DNA of 64,000 nucleotides from the human T2T-CHM13v2.0 reference genome, Homo sapiens: assembly GCF_009914755.1 (NCBI RefSeq), contig NC_060948.1; one strand, given 5' to 3'. Shown here piece after piece: positions 36,832 through 58,564 of this stretch; within the stretch, counting starts at the first letter, position 1; each line of letters starts with the position of its first letter. Under the pieces are notes generated by a model. It searched no databases, was not told where the DNA came from, and was given only the letters and a program-made list of their open reading frames with translations. A program made the translations under genes and the position numbers.

Positions 36832-38936
36832 AGATCCATATTTTTTAAATGAAAAAAAATTTCAAAGGTACTCTGCTTGGTACAATAATCAAATGTATAA
36901 ACTGAGGAATAAAACATAACCATGAAACCTACTTATAACTGCATATGGAAAATACAGAGGATAATTTTTTAAATAACATATTTTGAAAGCCTTAACTAGT
37001 AATTTGAAGAGTTGGCATTTGAAAGGCCAGTATGAATGTACCTTCAAAGCAGCAACACAGGTTCCCCATGAGAAAAAGCAAACACAGGGAAAATAAAAAC
37101 ACAAAGGTTCAATCTCTTCTGACCTTTGAAAGACACAGCACAGACAGTGGTCCTTAGGACGAAGAGCAGGAGACCCCTAATTCCGTCACCATGGCGATAG
37201 GGCATAAACATTGCTGGGTGAGGGCACAATCCACATTGTGAGGTCCAACTGCTGCCAGGAAGACAGGAGTGCTTTTACATAGACCGAAAGGTCATTGAAG
37301 GCTCAGAGTTTTGTTTCAAGAACTGAATCCCAAGCCCACACGTTATTAGGCTGCGCTTCTTAAAACAAGTTATGAGATGGGAAAAAGGGCACCCACAAAC
37401 ATAGGTATACATTATGTATATAATAATATAGAGTGTCATATATATAATATATATAACCTATGTATAATATTGTTTTACATCCTGCATCTTATGTTATATA
37501 TATTGTATAAAATATAATAATTGATAATATATAAGTTTCATAATTATACAATATGACATACAGTATATATTATAATTTATGACATATATAATATATGTTA
37601 TATATCATATATAGAATATATTATACGGTTAATATACGTATTAAATATAAATTATATATTATATATATTATATATAATATATCTGTTATATATAATACTC
37701 ATTATGCATAATATATATATTATGTCTATGTTATATATACTATAAAACAACATATAATAATATATAATTGTATATATAAAATGCGACATATAATATATAT
37801 TATATTTTATAACATATGTAATATATATTATATATAATACGTTGTATGTATAATACCTATATTAAATATATATTATATGACTATGTTATTAATTACATGT
37901 CACATGTGTTATATATTATATATTTTACATAGAATATACCGGTTACATACAATATATACTATGTTACCTATAATGTATAATTTATTACATGTAAAATAAA
38001 GAATGCAATATATTATGTAAAATTTATAATATACAATATGTGGAATGTGATATATATAACATATAATATATGATATATGATATACAGTATATGATATATA
38101 ACATACAATATATGATTCCTAATATATATGGTATACAATATATATTTTATGATATGTATTCTATATGTTTTATATTCTGTTATATATAACTATTTGAAAT
38201 TATATATAACTGTATAATATTTGATGTAAATATGTAATATAATATATATAACTATATAATATATTATATATAACTATATATTATGTTATATTTACTTTTA
38301 TAACATAATTTACATAAAATATCATAATATAATATATATTATATTATTTCATATTACATAATATATATTACATATCACCCAATATAACTAACATACATAA
38401 TATTATAATATAGATTATATTATGTTATATTAAAAATCATATATATCATGTATCATATATTCTATAATATATATTACACATTATATAATATGTATGTTGT
38501 CTATTATGTGATATATATAACTATATATATAATTATATTTTTATACATATAACTAGATAAACATGTAATTCTACATATTTTCATTTATAATATGTAGAAT
38601 TATATAATCATATATAATTATTTATATTCTATAAAAAATTTTATCATTATATAAATTATAATATATAAAAATTATAATATGTACTACAAATATATATATT
38701 ATATATCATATATGATATAGTACCTTTGTTATATATCATAATACATATAAATGTGTATTATGTTATCTATAATTATATAATTTCATATATAAGATGTATA
38801 ATATGTATCATATATTATATATGTTATGTAATATATATAGTATATATAAGATGACACAGGATAAATATTATATACTATGACATATAAAATATATGAGGTT
38901 ATATGTTACATATAAGGCATAGCACATAACATGTAA

Positions 38937-39245
<309 letters not shown>

Positions 39246-41350
39246 AGATCCATATTTTTTAAATGAAAAAAAATTTCAAAGGTACTCTGCTTGGTACAAT
39301 AATCAAATGTATAAACTGAGGAATAAAACATAACCATGAAACCTACTTATAACTGCATATGGAAAATACAGAGGATAATTTTTTAAATAACATATTTTGA
39401 AAGCCTTAACTAGTAATTTGAAGAGTTGGCATTTGAAAGGCCAGTATGAATATACCTTCAAAGCAGCAACACAGGTTCCCCATGAGAAAAAGCAAACACA
39501 GGGAAAATAAAAACACAAAGGTTCAATCTCTTCTGACCTTTGAAAGACACAGCACAGACAGTGGTCCTTAGGACGAAGAGCAGGAGACCCCTAATTCCGT
39601 CACCATGGCGATAGGGCATAAATATTGCTGGGTGAGGGCACAATCCACATTGTGAGGTCCAACTGCTGCCAGGAAGACAGGAGTGCTTTTACATAGACCG
39701 AAAGGTCATTGAAGGCTCAGAGTTTTGTTTCAAGAACTGAATCCCAAGCCCACACGTTATTAGGCTGCGCTTCTTAAAACAAGTTATGAGATGGGAAAAA
39801 GGGCACCCACACACATACGTATACATTATGTATATAATAATATACAGTGTCATATATATAATATATATAACCTATTTATAATATAGTTTTACATCCTGCA
39901 TCTTATGTTATTTATATTGTATAAAATATAATAATTGATAATATATAAGTTTTATAATTATACAATATGACATATAGTATATATTATAATTTATGACATA
40001 TATAATATATGTTATATATCATATATAGAATATATTATACGGTTAATATACGTATTAAATATAAATTATACATTATATATATTATATATAATATATCTGT
40101 TATATATAATACACATTATGCATAATATATATATTATGTCTATGTTATATATAGTATAAAACAACATATAATAATATATAATTGTATATATAAAATGCGA
40201 CATATAATATATATTATATTTTATAACATATGTAATATATATTATATATTATATATAATACCTTGTATGTATAATACCTATATTAAATATATATTATATG
40301 ACTATGTTATTAATTACATGTCACATGTGTTATATATTATATATTTTACATAGAATATACCGGTTACATACAATATATACTATGTTACCTATAATGTATA
40401 ATTTATTACATGTAAAATAAAGAATGCAATATATTATGTATAATTTATAATATACAATATGTGGAATGTGATATATATAACATATAATATATGATATATG
40501 ATATACAGTATATGATATATAACATACAATATATGATTCCTAATATATATGGTATACAATATATATTTTATGATATGTATTCTATATGTTTTATATTCTG
40601 TTATATATAACTATTTGAAATTATATATAACTGTATAATATTTTATGTAAATATGTAATATAATATATATAACTATATAATATATTATATATAACTATAT
40701 ATTATGTCATATATACTTTTATAACATAATTTACATAAAATATCATAATATAATATATATTATATTATTTCATATTACATAATATATATTACATATCACC
40801 CAATATAACTAACATACATAATATTATAATATAGATTATATTATGTTATATTAAATATCATATATATCATGTATCATATATTCTATAATATATATTACAC
40901 ATTATATAATATGTATGTTGTCTATTATGTGATATATATAACTATATATATAATTATATTTTTATACATATAACTAGATAAACATGTAATTCTACATATT
41001 TTCATTTATAATATGTAGAATTATATAATCATATATAATTATTTATATTCTATAAAAAATTTTATCATTATATATATTATAATATATAAAAATTATAATA
41101 TGTACTACAAATATATATATTATATATCATATATGATATAGTACCTTTGTTATATATCATAATACATATAAATGTGTATTATGTTATCTATAATTATATA
41201 ATTTCATATATAAGATGTATAATATGTATCATATATTATAGATGTTATGTAATATATATAGTATATATAAGATGACACAGGATAAATATTATATACTATG
41301 ACATATAAAATATATGAGGTTATATGTTACATATAAGGCATAGCACATAA

Positions 41351-41665
<315 letters not shown>

Positions 41666-43763
41666 AGATCCATATTTTTTAAATGAAAAAAAATTTCAAA
41701 GGTACTCTGCTTGGTACAATAATCAAATGTATAAACTGAGGAATAAAACATAACCATGAAACCTACTTATAACTGCATATGGAAAATACAGAGGATAATT
41801 TTTTAAATAACATATTTTGAAAGCCTTAACTAGTAATTTGAAGAGTTGGCATTTGAAAGGCCAGTATGAATATACCTTCAAAGCAGCAACACAGGTTCCC
41901 CATGAGAAAAAGCAAACACAGGGAAAATAAAACCACAAAGGTTCAATCTCTGCTGACCTTTGAAAGACACAGCACAGACAGTGGTCCTTAGGACGAAGAG
42001 CAGGAGACCCCTAATTCCGTCACCATGGCGATAGGGCATAAACATTGCTGGGTGAGGGCACAATCCACATTGTGAGGTCCAACTGCTGCCAGGAAGACAG
42101 GAGTGCTTTTACATAGACCGAAAGGTCATTGAAGGCTCAGAGTTTTGTTTCAAGAACTGAATCCCAAGCCCACACGTTATTAGGCTGTGCTTCTTAAAAC
42201 AAGCTATGAGATGGGAAAAAGGGCACCCAGAAACATACGTATACATTATGTATATAATAATATACAGTGTCATATATATAATATATATAACCTATGTATA
42301 ATATTGTTTTACATCCTGCATCTTATGTTATATATATTGTATAAAATATAATAATTGATAATATATAAGTTTTATAATTATACAATATGACATACAGTAT
42401 ATATTATAATTTATGACATATATAATATATGTTATATATCATATATAGAATATATTATACGGTTAATGTACGTATTAAATATAAATTATACATTATATAT
42501 ATTATATATAATATATCTGTTATATATAATACTCATTATGCATAATATATATATTATGTCTATGTTATATATAGTATAAAACAACATATAATAATATATA
42601 ATTGTATATATAAAATGCGACATATAATATATATTATATTTTATAACATATGTAATATATATTATATATAATACGTTGTATGTATAATACCTATATTAAA
42701 TATATATTATATGACTATGTTATTAATTACATGTCACATGTGTTATATATTATATATTTTACATAGAATATACGGGTTACATACAATATATACTATGTTA
42801 CCTATAGTGTATAATTTATTACATGTAAAATAAAGAATGCAATATATTATGTAAAATTTATGATATACAATATGTGGAATGTGATATATATAACATATAA
42901 TATATGATATATGATATACAGTATATGATATATAACATACAATATATGATTCCTAATATATATGGTATACAATATATATTTTATGATATGTATACTATAT
43001 GTTTTATATTCTGTTATATATAACTATTTGAAATTATATATAACTGTATAATATTTTATGTAAATATGTAATATAATATATATAACAATATAATATATTA
43101 TATATAACTATATATTATGTTATATATACTTTTATAACATAATTTACATAAAATATCATAATATAATATATATTATATTATTTCATATTACATAATATAT
43201 ATTACATATCACCCAATATAACTAACATACATAATATTATAATATAGATTATATTATGTTATATTAAATATCATATATATCATGTATCATATATTCTATA
43301 ATATATATTACACATTATATAATATGTATGATGTCTATTATGTGATATATATAACTATATATATAATTATATTTTTATACATATAACTAGATAAACATGT
43401 AATTCTACATATTTTCATTTATAATATGTAGAATTATATAATCATATATAATTATTTATATTCTATAAAAAATTTTATCATTATATAAATTATAATATAT
43501 AAAAATTATAATATATACTACAAATATATATATTATATATCATATATGATATAGTACCTTTGTTATATATCATAATACATATAAATGTGTATTATGTTAT
43601 CTATAATTATATAATTTCATATATAAGATGTATAATATGTATCATATATTATATATGTTATGTAATATATATAGTATATATATGATGACACAGGATAAAT
43701 ATTATATACTATGACATATAAAATATATGAGGTTATATGTTACATATAAGGCATAGCACATAA

Positions 43764-44078
<315 letters not shown>

Positions 44079-46176
44079 AGATCCATATTTTTTAAATGAA
44101 AAAAAATTTCAAAGGTACTCTGCTTGGTACAATAATCAAATGTATAAACTGAGGAATAAAACATAACCATGAAACCTACTTATAACTGCATATGGAAAAT
44201 ACAGAGGATAATTTTTTAAATAACATATTTTGAAAGCCTTAACTAGTAATTTGAAGAGTTGGCATTTGAAAGGCCAGTATGAATATACCTTCAAAGCAGC
44301 AACACAGGTTCCCCATGAGAAAAAGCAAACACAGGGAAAATAAAACCACAAAGGTTCAATCTCTTCTGACCTTTGAAAGACACAGCACAGACAGTGGTCC
44401 TTAGGACGAAGAGCAGGAGACCCCTAATTCCGTCACCATGGCGATAGGGCATAAACATTGCTGGGTGAGGGCACAATCCACATTGTGAGGTCCAACTGCT
44501 GCCAGGAAGACAGGAGTGCTTTTACATAGACCGAAAGGTCATTGAAGGCTCAGAGTTTTGTTTCAAGAACTGAATCCCAAGCCCACACGTTATTAGGCTG
44601 CGCTTCTTAAAACAAGTTATGAGATGGGAAAAAGGGCACCCAGAAACATACGTATACATTATGTATATAATAATATACAGTGTCATATATATAATATATA
44701 TAACCTATGTATAATACTGTTTTACATCCTGCATCTTATGTTATATATATTGTATAAAATATAATAATTGATAATATATAAGTTTTATAATTATACAATA
44801 TGACATACAGTATATATTATAATTTATGACATATATAATATATGTTATATATCATATATAGAATATATTATACGGTTAATATACGTATTAAATATAAATT
44901 ATACATTATATATATTATATAGAATATATCTGTTATATATAATACTCATTATGCATAATATATATATTATGTCTATGTTATATATAGTATAAAACAACAT
45001 ATAATAATATATAATTGTATATATAAAATGCGACATATAATATATATTATATTTTATAACATATGTAATATATATTATATATAATACGTTGTATGTATAA
45101 TACCTATATTAAATATATATTATATGACTATGTTATTAATTACATGTCACATGTGTTATATATTATATATTTTACATAGAATATACCGGTTACATACAAT
45201 ATATACTATGTTACCTATAATGTATAATTTATTACATGTAAAATAAAGAATGCAATATATTATGTAAAATTTATAATATACAATATGTGGAATGTGATAT
45301 ATATAACATATAATATATGATATATGATATACAGTATATGATATATAACATACAATATATGATTCCTAATATATATGGTATACAATATATATTTTATGAT
45401 ATGTATACTATATGTTTTATATTCTGTTATATATAACTATTTGAAATTATATATAACTGTATAATATTTTATGTAAATATGTAATATAATATATATAACA
45501 ATATAATATATTATATATAACTATATATTATGTTATATATACTTTTATAACATAATTTACATAAAATATCATAATATAATATATATTATATTATTTCATA
45601 TTACATAATATATATTACATATCACCCAATATAACTAACATACATAATATTATAATATAGATTATATTATGTTATATTAAATATCATATATATCATGTAT
45701 CATATATTCTATAATATATATTACACATTATATAATATGTATGATGTCTATTATGTGATATATATAACTATATATATAATTATATTTTTATACATATAAC
45801 TAGATAAACATGTAATTCTACATATTTTCATTTATAATATGTAGAATTATATAATCATATATAATTATTTATATTCTATAAAAAATTTTATCATTATATA
45901 AATTATAATATATAAAAATTATAATATATACTACAAATATATATATTATATATCATATATGATATAGTACCTTTGTTATATATCATAATACATATAAATG
46001 TGTATTATGTTATCTATAATTATATAATTTCATATATAAGATGTATAATATGTATCATATATTATATATGTTATGTAATATATATAGTATATATATGATG
46101 ACACAGGATAAATATTATATACTATGACATATAAAATATATGAGGTTATATGTTACATATAAGGCATAGCACATAA

Positions 46177-46491
<315 letters not shown>

Positions 46492-48589
46492 AGATCCATA
46501 TTTTTTAAATGAAAAAAAATTTCAAAGGTACTCTGCTTGGTACAATAATCAAATGTATAAACTGAGGAATAAAACATAACCATGAAACCTACTTATAACT
46601 GCATATGGAAAATACAGAGGATAATTTTTTAAATAACATATTTTGAAAGCCTTAACTAGTAATTTGAAGAGTTGGCATTTGAAAGGCCAGTATGAATATA
46701 CCTTCAAAGCAGCAACACAGGTTCCCCATGAGAAAAAGCAAACACAGGGAAAATAAAACCACAAAGGTTCAATCTCTTCTGACCTTTGAAAGACACAGCA
46801 CAGACAGTGGTCCTTAGGACGAAGAGCAGGAGACCCCTAATTCCGTCACCATGGCGATAGGGCATAAACATTGCTGGGTGAGGGCACAATCCACATTGTG
46901 AGGTCCAACTGCTGCCAGGAAGACAGGAGTGCTTTTACATAGACCGAAAGGTCATTGAAGGCTCAGAGTTTTGTTTCAAGAACTGAATCCCAAGCCCACA
47001 CGTTATTAGGCTGCGCTTCTTAAAACAAGTTATGAGATGGGAAAAAGGGCACCCAGAAACATACGTATACATTATGTATATAATAATATACAGTGTCATA
47101 TATATAATATATATAACCTATGTATAATATTGTTTTACATCCTGCATCTTATGTTATATATATTGTATAAAATATAATAATTGATAATATATAAGTTTTA
47201 TAATTATACAATATGACATACAGTATATATTATAATTTATGACATATATAATATATGTTATATATCATATATAGAATATATTATACGGTTAATATACGTA
47301 TTAAATATAAATTATACATTATATATATTATATATAATATATCTGTTATATATAATACTCATTATGCATAATATATATATTATGTCTATGTTATATATAG
47401 TATAAAACAACATATAATAATATATAATTGTATATATAAAATGCGACATATAATATATATTATATTTTATAACATATGTAATATATATTATATATAATAC
47501 GTTGTATGTATAATACCTATATTAAATATATATTATATGACTATGTTATTAATTACATGTCACATGTGTTATATATTATATATTTTACAAAGAATATACC
47601 GGTTACATACAATATATACTATGTTACCTATAATGTATAATTTATTACATGTAAAATAAAGAATGCAATATATTATGTAAAATTTATAATATACAATATG
47701 TGGAATGTGATATATATAACATATAATATATGATATATGATATACAGTATATGATATATAACATACAATATATGATTCCTAATATATATGGTATACAATA
47801 TATATTTTATGATATGTATACTATATGTTTTATATTCTGTTATATATAACTATTTGAAATTATATATAACTGTATAATATTTTATGTAAATATGTAATAT
47901 AATATATATAACAATATAATATATTATATATAACTATATATTATGTTATATATACTTTTATAACATAATTTACATAAAATATCATAATATAATATATATT
48001 ATATTATTTCATATTACATAATATATATTACATATCACCCAATATAACTAACATACATAATATTATAATATAGATTATATTATGTTATATTAAATATCAT
48101 ATATATCATGTATCATATATTCTATAATATATATTACACATTATATAATATGTATGATGTCTATTATGTGATATATATAACTATATATATAATTATATTT
48201 TTATACATATAACTAGATAAACATGTAATTCTACATATTTTCATTTATAATATGTAGAATTATATAATCATATATAATTATTTATATTCTATAAAAAATT
48301 TTATCATTATATAAATTATAATATATAAAAATTATAATATATACTACAAATATATATATTATATATCATATATGATATAGTACCTTTGTTATATATCATA
48401 ATACATATAAATGTGTATTATGTTATCTATAATTATATAATTTCATATATAAGATGTATAATATGTATCATATATTATATATGTTATGTAATATATATAG
48501 TATATATATGATGACACATGATAAATATTATATACTATGACATATAAAATATATGAGGTTATATGTTACATATAAGGCATAGCACATAA

Positions 48590-48904
<315 letters not shown>

Positions 48905-51002
48905 AGATCCATATTTTTTAAATGAAAAAAAATTTCAAAGGTACTCTGCTTGGTACAATAATCAAATGTATAAACTGAGGAATAAAACATAACCATGAAA
49001 CCTACTTATAACTGCATATGGAAAATACAGAGGATAATTTTTTAAATAACATAGTTTGAAAGCCTTAACTAGTAATTTGAAGAGTTGGCATTTGAAAGGC
49101 CAGTATGAATATACCTTCAAAGCAGCAACACAGGTTCCCCATGAGAAAAAGCAAACACAGGGAAAATAAAAACACAAAGGTTCAATCTCTTCTGACCTTT
49201 GAAAGACACAGCACAGACAGTGGTCCTTAGGACGAAGAGCAGGAGACCCCTAATTCCGTCACCATGGCGATAGGGCATAAACATTGCTGGGTGAGGGCAC
49301 AATCCACATTGTGAGGTCCAACTGCTGCCAGGAAGACAGGAGTGCTTTTACATAGACCGAAAGGTCATTGAAGGCTCAGAGTTTTGTTTCAAGAACTGAA
49401 TCCCAAGCCCACACGTTGTTAGGCTGCGCTTCTTAAAACAAGTTATGAGATGGGAAAAAGGGCACCCACAAACATACGTATACATTATGTATATAATAAT
49501 ATACAGTGTCATATATATAATATATATAACCTATGTATAATATTGTTTTACATCCTGCATCTTATGTTATATATATTGTATAAAATATAATAATTCATAA
49601 TATATAAGTTTTATAATTATACAATATGACATATAGTATATATTATAATTTATGACATATATAATATATGTTATATATCATATATAGAATATATTATACG
49701 GTTAATATACGTATTAAATATAAATTATACATTATATATATTATATATAATATATCTGTTATATATAATACTCATTATGCATAATATATATATTATGTCT
49801 ATGTTATATATAGTATAAAACAACATATAATAATATATAATTGTATATATAAAATGCGACATATAATATATATTATATTTTATAACATATGTAATATATA
49901 TTATATATAATACGTTGTATGTATAATACCTATATTAAATATATATTATATGACTATGTTATTAATTACATGTCACATGTGTTATATATTATATATTTTA
50001 CAAAGAATATACCGGTTACATACAATATATACTATGTTACCTATAATGTATAATTTATTACATGTAAAATAAAGAATGCAATATATTATGTAAAATTTAT
50101 AATATACAATATGTGGAATGTGATATATATAACATATAATATATGATATATGATATACAGTATATGATATATAACATACAATATATGATTCCTAATATAT
50201 ATGGTATACAATATATATTTTATGATATGTATACTATATGTTTTATATTCTGTTATATATAACTATTTGAAATTATATATAACTGTATAATATTTTATGT
50301 AAATATGTAATATAATATATATAACAATATAATATATTATATATAACTATATATTATGTTATATATACTTTTATAACATAATTTACATAAAATATCATAA
50401 TATAATATATATTATATTATTTCATATTACATAATATATATTACATATCACCCAATATAACTAACATACATAATATTATAATATAGATTATATTATGTTA
50501 TATTAAATATCATATATATCATGTATCATATATTCTATAATATATATTACACATTATATAATATGTATGATGTCTATTATGTGATATATATAACTATATA
50601 TATAATTATATTTTTATACATATAACTAGATAAACATGTAATTCTACATATTTTCATTTATAATATGTAGAATTATATAATCATATATAATTATTTATAT
50701 TCTATAAAAAATTTTATCATTATATAAATTATAATATATAAAAATTATAATATATACTACAAATATATATATTATATATCATATATGATATAGTACCTTT
50801 GTTATATATCATAATACATATAAATGTGTATTATGTTATCTATAATTATATAATTTCATATATAAGATGTATAATATGTATCATATATTATATATGTTAT
50901 GTAATATATATAGTATATATATGATGACACATGATAAATATTATATACTATGACATATAAAATATATGAGGTTATATGTTACATATAAGGCATAGCACAT
51001 AA

Positions 51003-51317
<315 letters not shown>

Positions 51318-53422
51318 AGATCCATATTTTTTAAATGAAAAAAAATTTCAAAGGTACTCTGCTTGGTACAATAATCAAATGTATAAACTGAGGAATAAAA
51401 CATAACCATGAAACCTACTTATAACTGCATATGGAAAATACAGAGGATAATTTTTTAAATAACATAGTTTGAAAGCCTTAACTAGTAATTTGAAGAGTTG
51501 GCATTTGAAAGGCCAGTATGAATATACCTTCAAAGCAGCAACACAGGTTCCCCATGAGAAAAAGCAAACACAGGGAAAATAAAAACACAAAGGTTCAATC
51601 TCTTCTGACCTTTGAAAGACACAGCACAGACAGTGGTCCTTAGGACGAAGAGCAGGAGACCCCTAATTCCGTCACCATGGCGATAGGGCATAAACATTGC
51701 TGGGTGAGGGCACAATCCACATTGTGAGGTCCAACTGCTGCCAGGAAGACAGGAGTGCTTTTACATAGACCGAAAGGTCATTGAAGGCTCAGAGTTTTGT
51801 TTCAAGAACTGAATCCCAAGCCCACACGTTATTAGGCTGCGCTTCTTAAAACAAGTTATGAGATGGGAAAAAGGGCACCCACAAACATACGTATACATTA
51901 TGTATATAATAATATACAGTGTCATATATATAATATATATAACCTATGTATAATATTGTTTTACATCCTGCATCTTATGTTATATATATTGTATAAAATA
52001 TAATAATTCATAATATATAAGTTTTATAATTATACAATATGACATATAGTATATATTATAATTTATGACATGTATAATATATGTTATATATCATATACAG
52101 AATATATTATACGGTTAATATACGTATTAAATATAAATTATACATTATATATATTATATATAATATATCTGTTATATATAATACCCGTTATGCATAATAT
52201 ATATATTATGTCTATGTTATATATAGTATAAAACAACATATAATAATATATAATTGTATATATAAAATGCGACATATAATATATATTATATTTTATGACA
52301 TATGTAATATATATTATATATTATATATAATACGTTGTATGTATAATACCTATATTAAATATATATTATATGACTATGTTATTAATTACATGTCACATGT
52401 GTTATATATTATATATTTTACATAGAATATACCGGTTACATACAATATATACCATGTTACCTATAATGTATAATTTATTACATGTAAAATAAAGAATGCA
52501 ATATATTATGTATAATTTATAATATACAATATGTGGAATGTGATATATATAACATATAATATATGATATATGATATACAGTATATGATATATAACATACA
52601 ATATATGATTCCTAATATATATGGTATACAATATATATTTTATGATATGTATTCTATATGTTTTATATTCTGTTATATATAACTATTTGAAATTATATAT
52701 AACTGTATAATATTTTATGTAAATATGTAATATAATATATATAACTATATAATATATTATATATAACTATATATTATGTTATATATACTTTTATAACATT
52801 ATTTACATAAAATATCATAATATAATATATATTATATTATTTCATATTACATAATATATATTACATATCACCCAATATAACTAACATACATAATATTATA
52901 ATATAGATTATATTATGTTATATTAAATATCATATATATCATGTATCATATATTCTATAATATATATTACACATTATATAATATGTATGTTGTCTATTAT
53001 GTGATATATATAACTATATATATAATTATATTTTTATACATATAACTAGATAAACATGTAATTCTACATATTTTCATTTATAATATGTAGAAGTATATAA
53101 TCATATATAATTATTTATATTCTATACAAAATTTTATCATTATATAAATTGTAATATATAAAAATTATAATATGTACTACAAATATATATATTATATATC
53201 ATATATGATATAGTACCTTTGTTATATATCATAATACATATAAATGTGTATTATGTTATCTATAATTATATAATTTCATATATAAGATGTATAATATGTA
53301 TCATATATTATATATGTTATGTAATATATATAGTATATATAAGATGACACAGGATAAATATTATATACTATGACATATAAAATATATGAGGTTATATGTT
53401 ACATATAAGGCATAGCACATAA

Positions 53423-53737
<315 letters not shown>

Positions 53738-55835
53738 AGATCCATATTTTTTAAATGAAAAAAAATTTCAAAGGTACTCTGCTTGGTACAATAATCAAAT
53801 GTATAAACTGAGGAATAAAACATAACCATGAAACCTACTTATAACTGCATATGGAAAATACAGAGGATAATTTTTTAAATAACATATTTTGAAAGCCTTA
53901 ACTAGTAATTTGAAGAGTTGGCATTTGAAAGGCCAGTATGAATATACCTTCAAAGCAGCAACACAGGTTCCCCATGAGAAAAAGCAAACACAGGGAAAAT
54001 AAAAACACAAAGGTTCAATCTCTTCTGACCTTTGAAAGACACAGCACAGACAGTGGTCCTTAGGACGAAGAGCAGGAGACCCCTAATTCCGTCACCATGG
54101 CGATAGGGCATAAACATTGCTGGGTGAGGGCACAATCCACATTGTGAGGTCCAACTGCTGCCAGGAAGACAGGAGTGCTTTTACATAGACCGAAAGGTCA
54201 TTGAAGGCTCAGAGTTTTGTTTCAAGAACTGAATCCCAAGCCCACACGTTATTAGGCTGCGCTTCTTAAAACAAGTTATGAGATGGGAAAAAGGGCACCC
54301 ACAAACATAGGTATACATTATGTATATAATAATATAGAGTGTCATATATATAATATATATAACCTATGTATAATATTGTTTTACATCCTGCATCTTATGT
54401 TATATATATTGTATAAAATATAATAATTGATAATATATAAGATTTATAATTATACAATATGACATATAGTATATATTATAATTTATGACATATATAATAT
54501 ATGTTATATATCATATACAGAATATATTATACGGTTAATATACGTATTAAATATAAATTATATATTATATATATTATATATAATATATCTGTTATATATA
54601 ATACCCATTATGCATAATATATATATTATGTCTATGTTATATATAGTATAAAACAACATATAATAATATATAATTGTATATATAAAATGCGACATATAAT
54701 ATATATTATATTTTATAACATATGTAATATATATTATATATAATACGTTGTATGTATAATACCTATATTAAATATATATTATATGACTATGTTATTAATT
54801 ACATGTCACATGTGTTATATATTATATATTTTACATAGAATATACCGGTTACATCCAATATATACTATGTTACCTATAATGTATAATTTATTACATGTAA
54901 AATAAAGAATGCAATATATTATGTATAATTTATAATATACCATATGTGGAATGTGATATATATAACATATAATATATGATATATGATATACAGTATATGA
55001 TATATAACATACAATATATGATTCCTAATATATATGGTATACAATATATATTTTATGATATGTATTCTATATGTTTTATATTCTGTTATATATAACTATT
55101 TGAAATTATATATAACTGTATAATATTTTATGTAAATATGTAATATAATATATATAACTGTATAATATATTATATATAACTATATATTATGTTATATATA
55201 CTTTTATAACATAATTTACATAAAATATCATAATATAATATATATTATATTATTTCATATTACATAATATATATTACATATCACCCAATATAACTAACAT
55301 ACATAATATTATAATATAGATTATATTGTGTTATATTAAATATCATATATATCATGTATCATATATTCTATAATATATATTACACATTATATAATATGTA
55401 TGTTGTCTATTATGTGATATATATAACTATATATATAATTATGTTTTTATACATATAACTAGATAAACATGTAATTCTACATATTTTCATTTATAATATG
55501 TAGAATTATATAATCATATATAATTATTTATATTCTATAAAAAATTTTATCATTATATAAATTATAATATATAAAAATTATAATATGTACTACAAATATA
55601 TATATTATATATCATATATGATATAGTACCTTTGTTATATATCATAATACATATAAATGTGTATTATGTTATCTATAATTATATATTTTCATATATAAGA
55701 TGTATAATATGTATCATATATTATATATGTTATGTAATATATATAGTATATATAAGATGACACAGGATAAATATTATATACTATGACATATAAAATATAT
55801 GAGGTTATATGTTACATATAAGGCATAGCACATAA

Positions 55836-56150
<315 letters not shown>

Positions 56151-58255
56151 AGATCCATATTTTTTAAATGAAAAAAAATTTCAAAGGTACTCTGCTTGGT
56201 ACAATAATCAAATGTATAAACTGAGGAATAAAACATAACCATGAAACCTACTTATAACTGCATATGGAAAATACAGAGGATAATTTTTTAAATAACATAT
56301 TTTGAAAGCCTTAACTAGTAATTTGAAGAGTTGGCATTTGAAAGGCCAGTATGAATATATCTTCAAAGCAGCAACACAGGTTCCCCATGAGAAAAAGCAA
56401 ACACAGGGAAAATAAAACCATAAAGGTTCAATCTCTTCTGACCTTTGAAAGACACAGCACAGACAGTGGTCCTTAGGACGAAGAGCAGGAGACCCCTAAT
56501 TCCGTCACCATGGCGATAGGGCATAAACATTGCTGGGTGAGGGCACAATCCACATTGTGAGGTCCAACTGCTGCCAGGAAGACAGGAGTGCTTTTACATA
56601 GACCGAAAGGTCATTGAAGGCTCAGAGTTTTGTTTCAAGAACTGAATCCCAAACCCACACGTTATTAGGCTGCGCTTCTTAAAACAAGTTATGAGATGGG
56701 AAAAAGGGCACACAGAAACATACGTATACATTATGTATATAATAATATACAGTGTCATATATATAATATATATAACCTATGTATAATATTGTTTTACATC
56801 CTGCATCTTATGTTATATATATTGTATAAAATATAATAATTGATAATATATAAGTTTCATAATTATACAATATGACATACAGTTTATATTATAATTTATG
56901 ACATATATAATATATGTTATATATCATATATAGAATATATTATACGGTTAATATACGTATTAAATATAAATTATATATTATATATATTATATATAATATA
57001 TCTGTTATATATAATACTCATTATGCATAATATATATATTATGTCTATGTTATATATACTATAAAACAACATATAATAATATATAATTGTATATATAAAA
57101 TGCGACATATAATATATATTATATTTTATAACATATGTAATATATATTATATATAATACGTTGTATGTATAATACCTATATTAAATATATATTATATGAC
57201 TATGTTATTAATTACATGTCACATGTGTTATATATTATATATTTTACATAGAATATACCGGTTACATACAATATATACTATGTTACCTATAATGTATAAT
57301 TTATTACATGTAAAATAAAGAATGCAATATATTATGTAAAATTTATAATATACAATATGTGGAATGTGATATATATAACATATAATATATGATATATGAT
57401 ATACAGTATATGATATATAACATACAATATATGATTCCTAATATATATGGTATACAATATATATTTTATGATATGTATTCTATATGTTTTATATTCTGTT
57501 ATATATAACTATTTGAAATTATATATAACTGTATAATATTTGATGTAAATATGTAATATAATATATATAACTATATAATATATTATATATAACTATATAT
57601 TATGTTATATTGACTTTTATAACATAATTTACATAAAATATCATAATATAATATATATTATATTATTTCATATTACATAATATATATTACATATCACCCA
57701 ATATAACTAACATACATAATATTATAATATAGATTATATTATGTTATATTAAATATCATATATATCATGTATCATATATTCTATAATATATATTACACAT
57801 TATATAATATGTATGTTGTCTATTATGTGATATATATAACTATATATATAATTATATTTTTATACATATAACTAGATAAACATGTAATTCTACATATTTT
57901 CATTTATAATATGTAGAATTATATAATCATATATAATTATTTATATTCTATAAAAAATTTTATCATTATATAAATTATAATATATAAAAATTATAATATG
58001 TACTACAAATATATATATTATATATCATATATGATATAGTACCTTTGTTATATATCATAATACATATAAATGTGTATTATGTTATCTATAATTATATAAT
58101 TTCATATATAAGATGTATAATATGTATCATATATTATATATGTTATGTAATATATATAGTATATATAAGATGACACAGGATAAATATTATATACTATGAC
58201 ATATAAAATATATGAGGTTATATGTTACATATAAGGCATAGCACATAACATGTAA

Positions 58256-58564
<309 letters not shown>
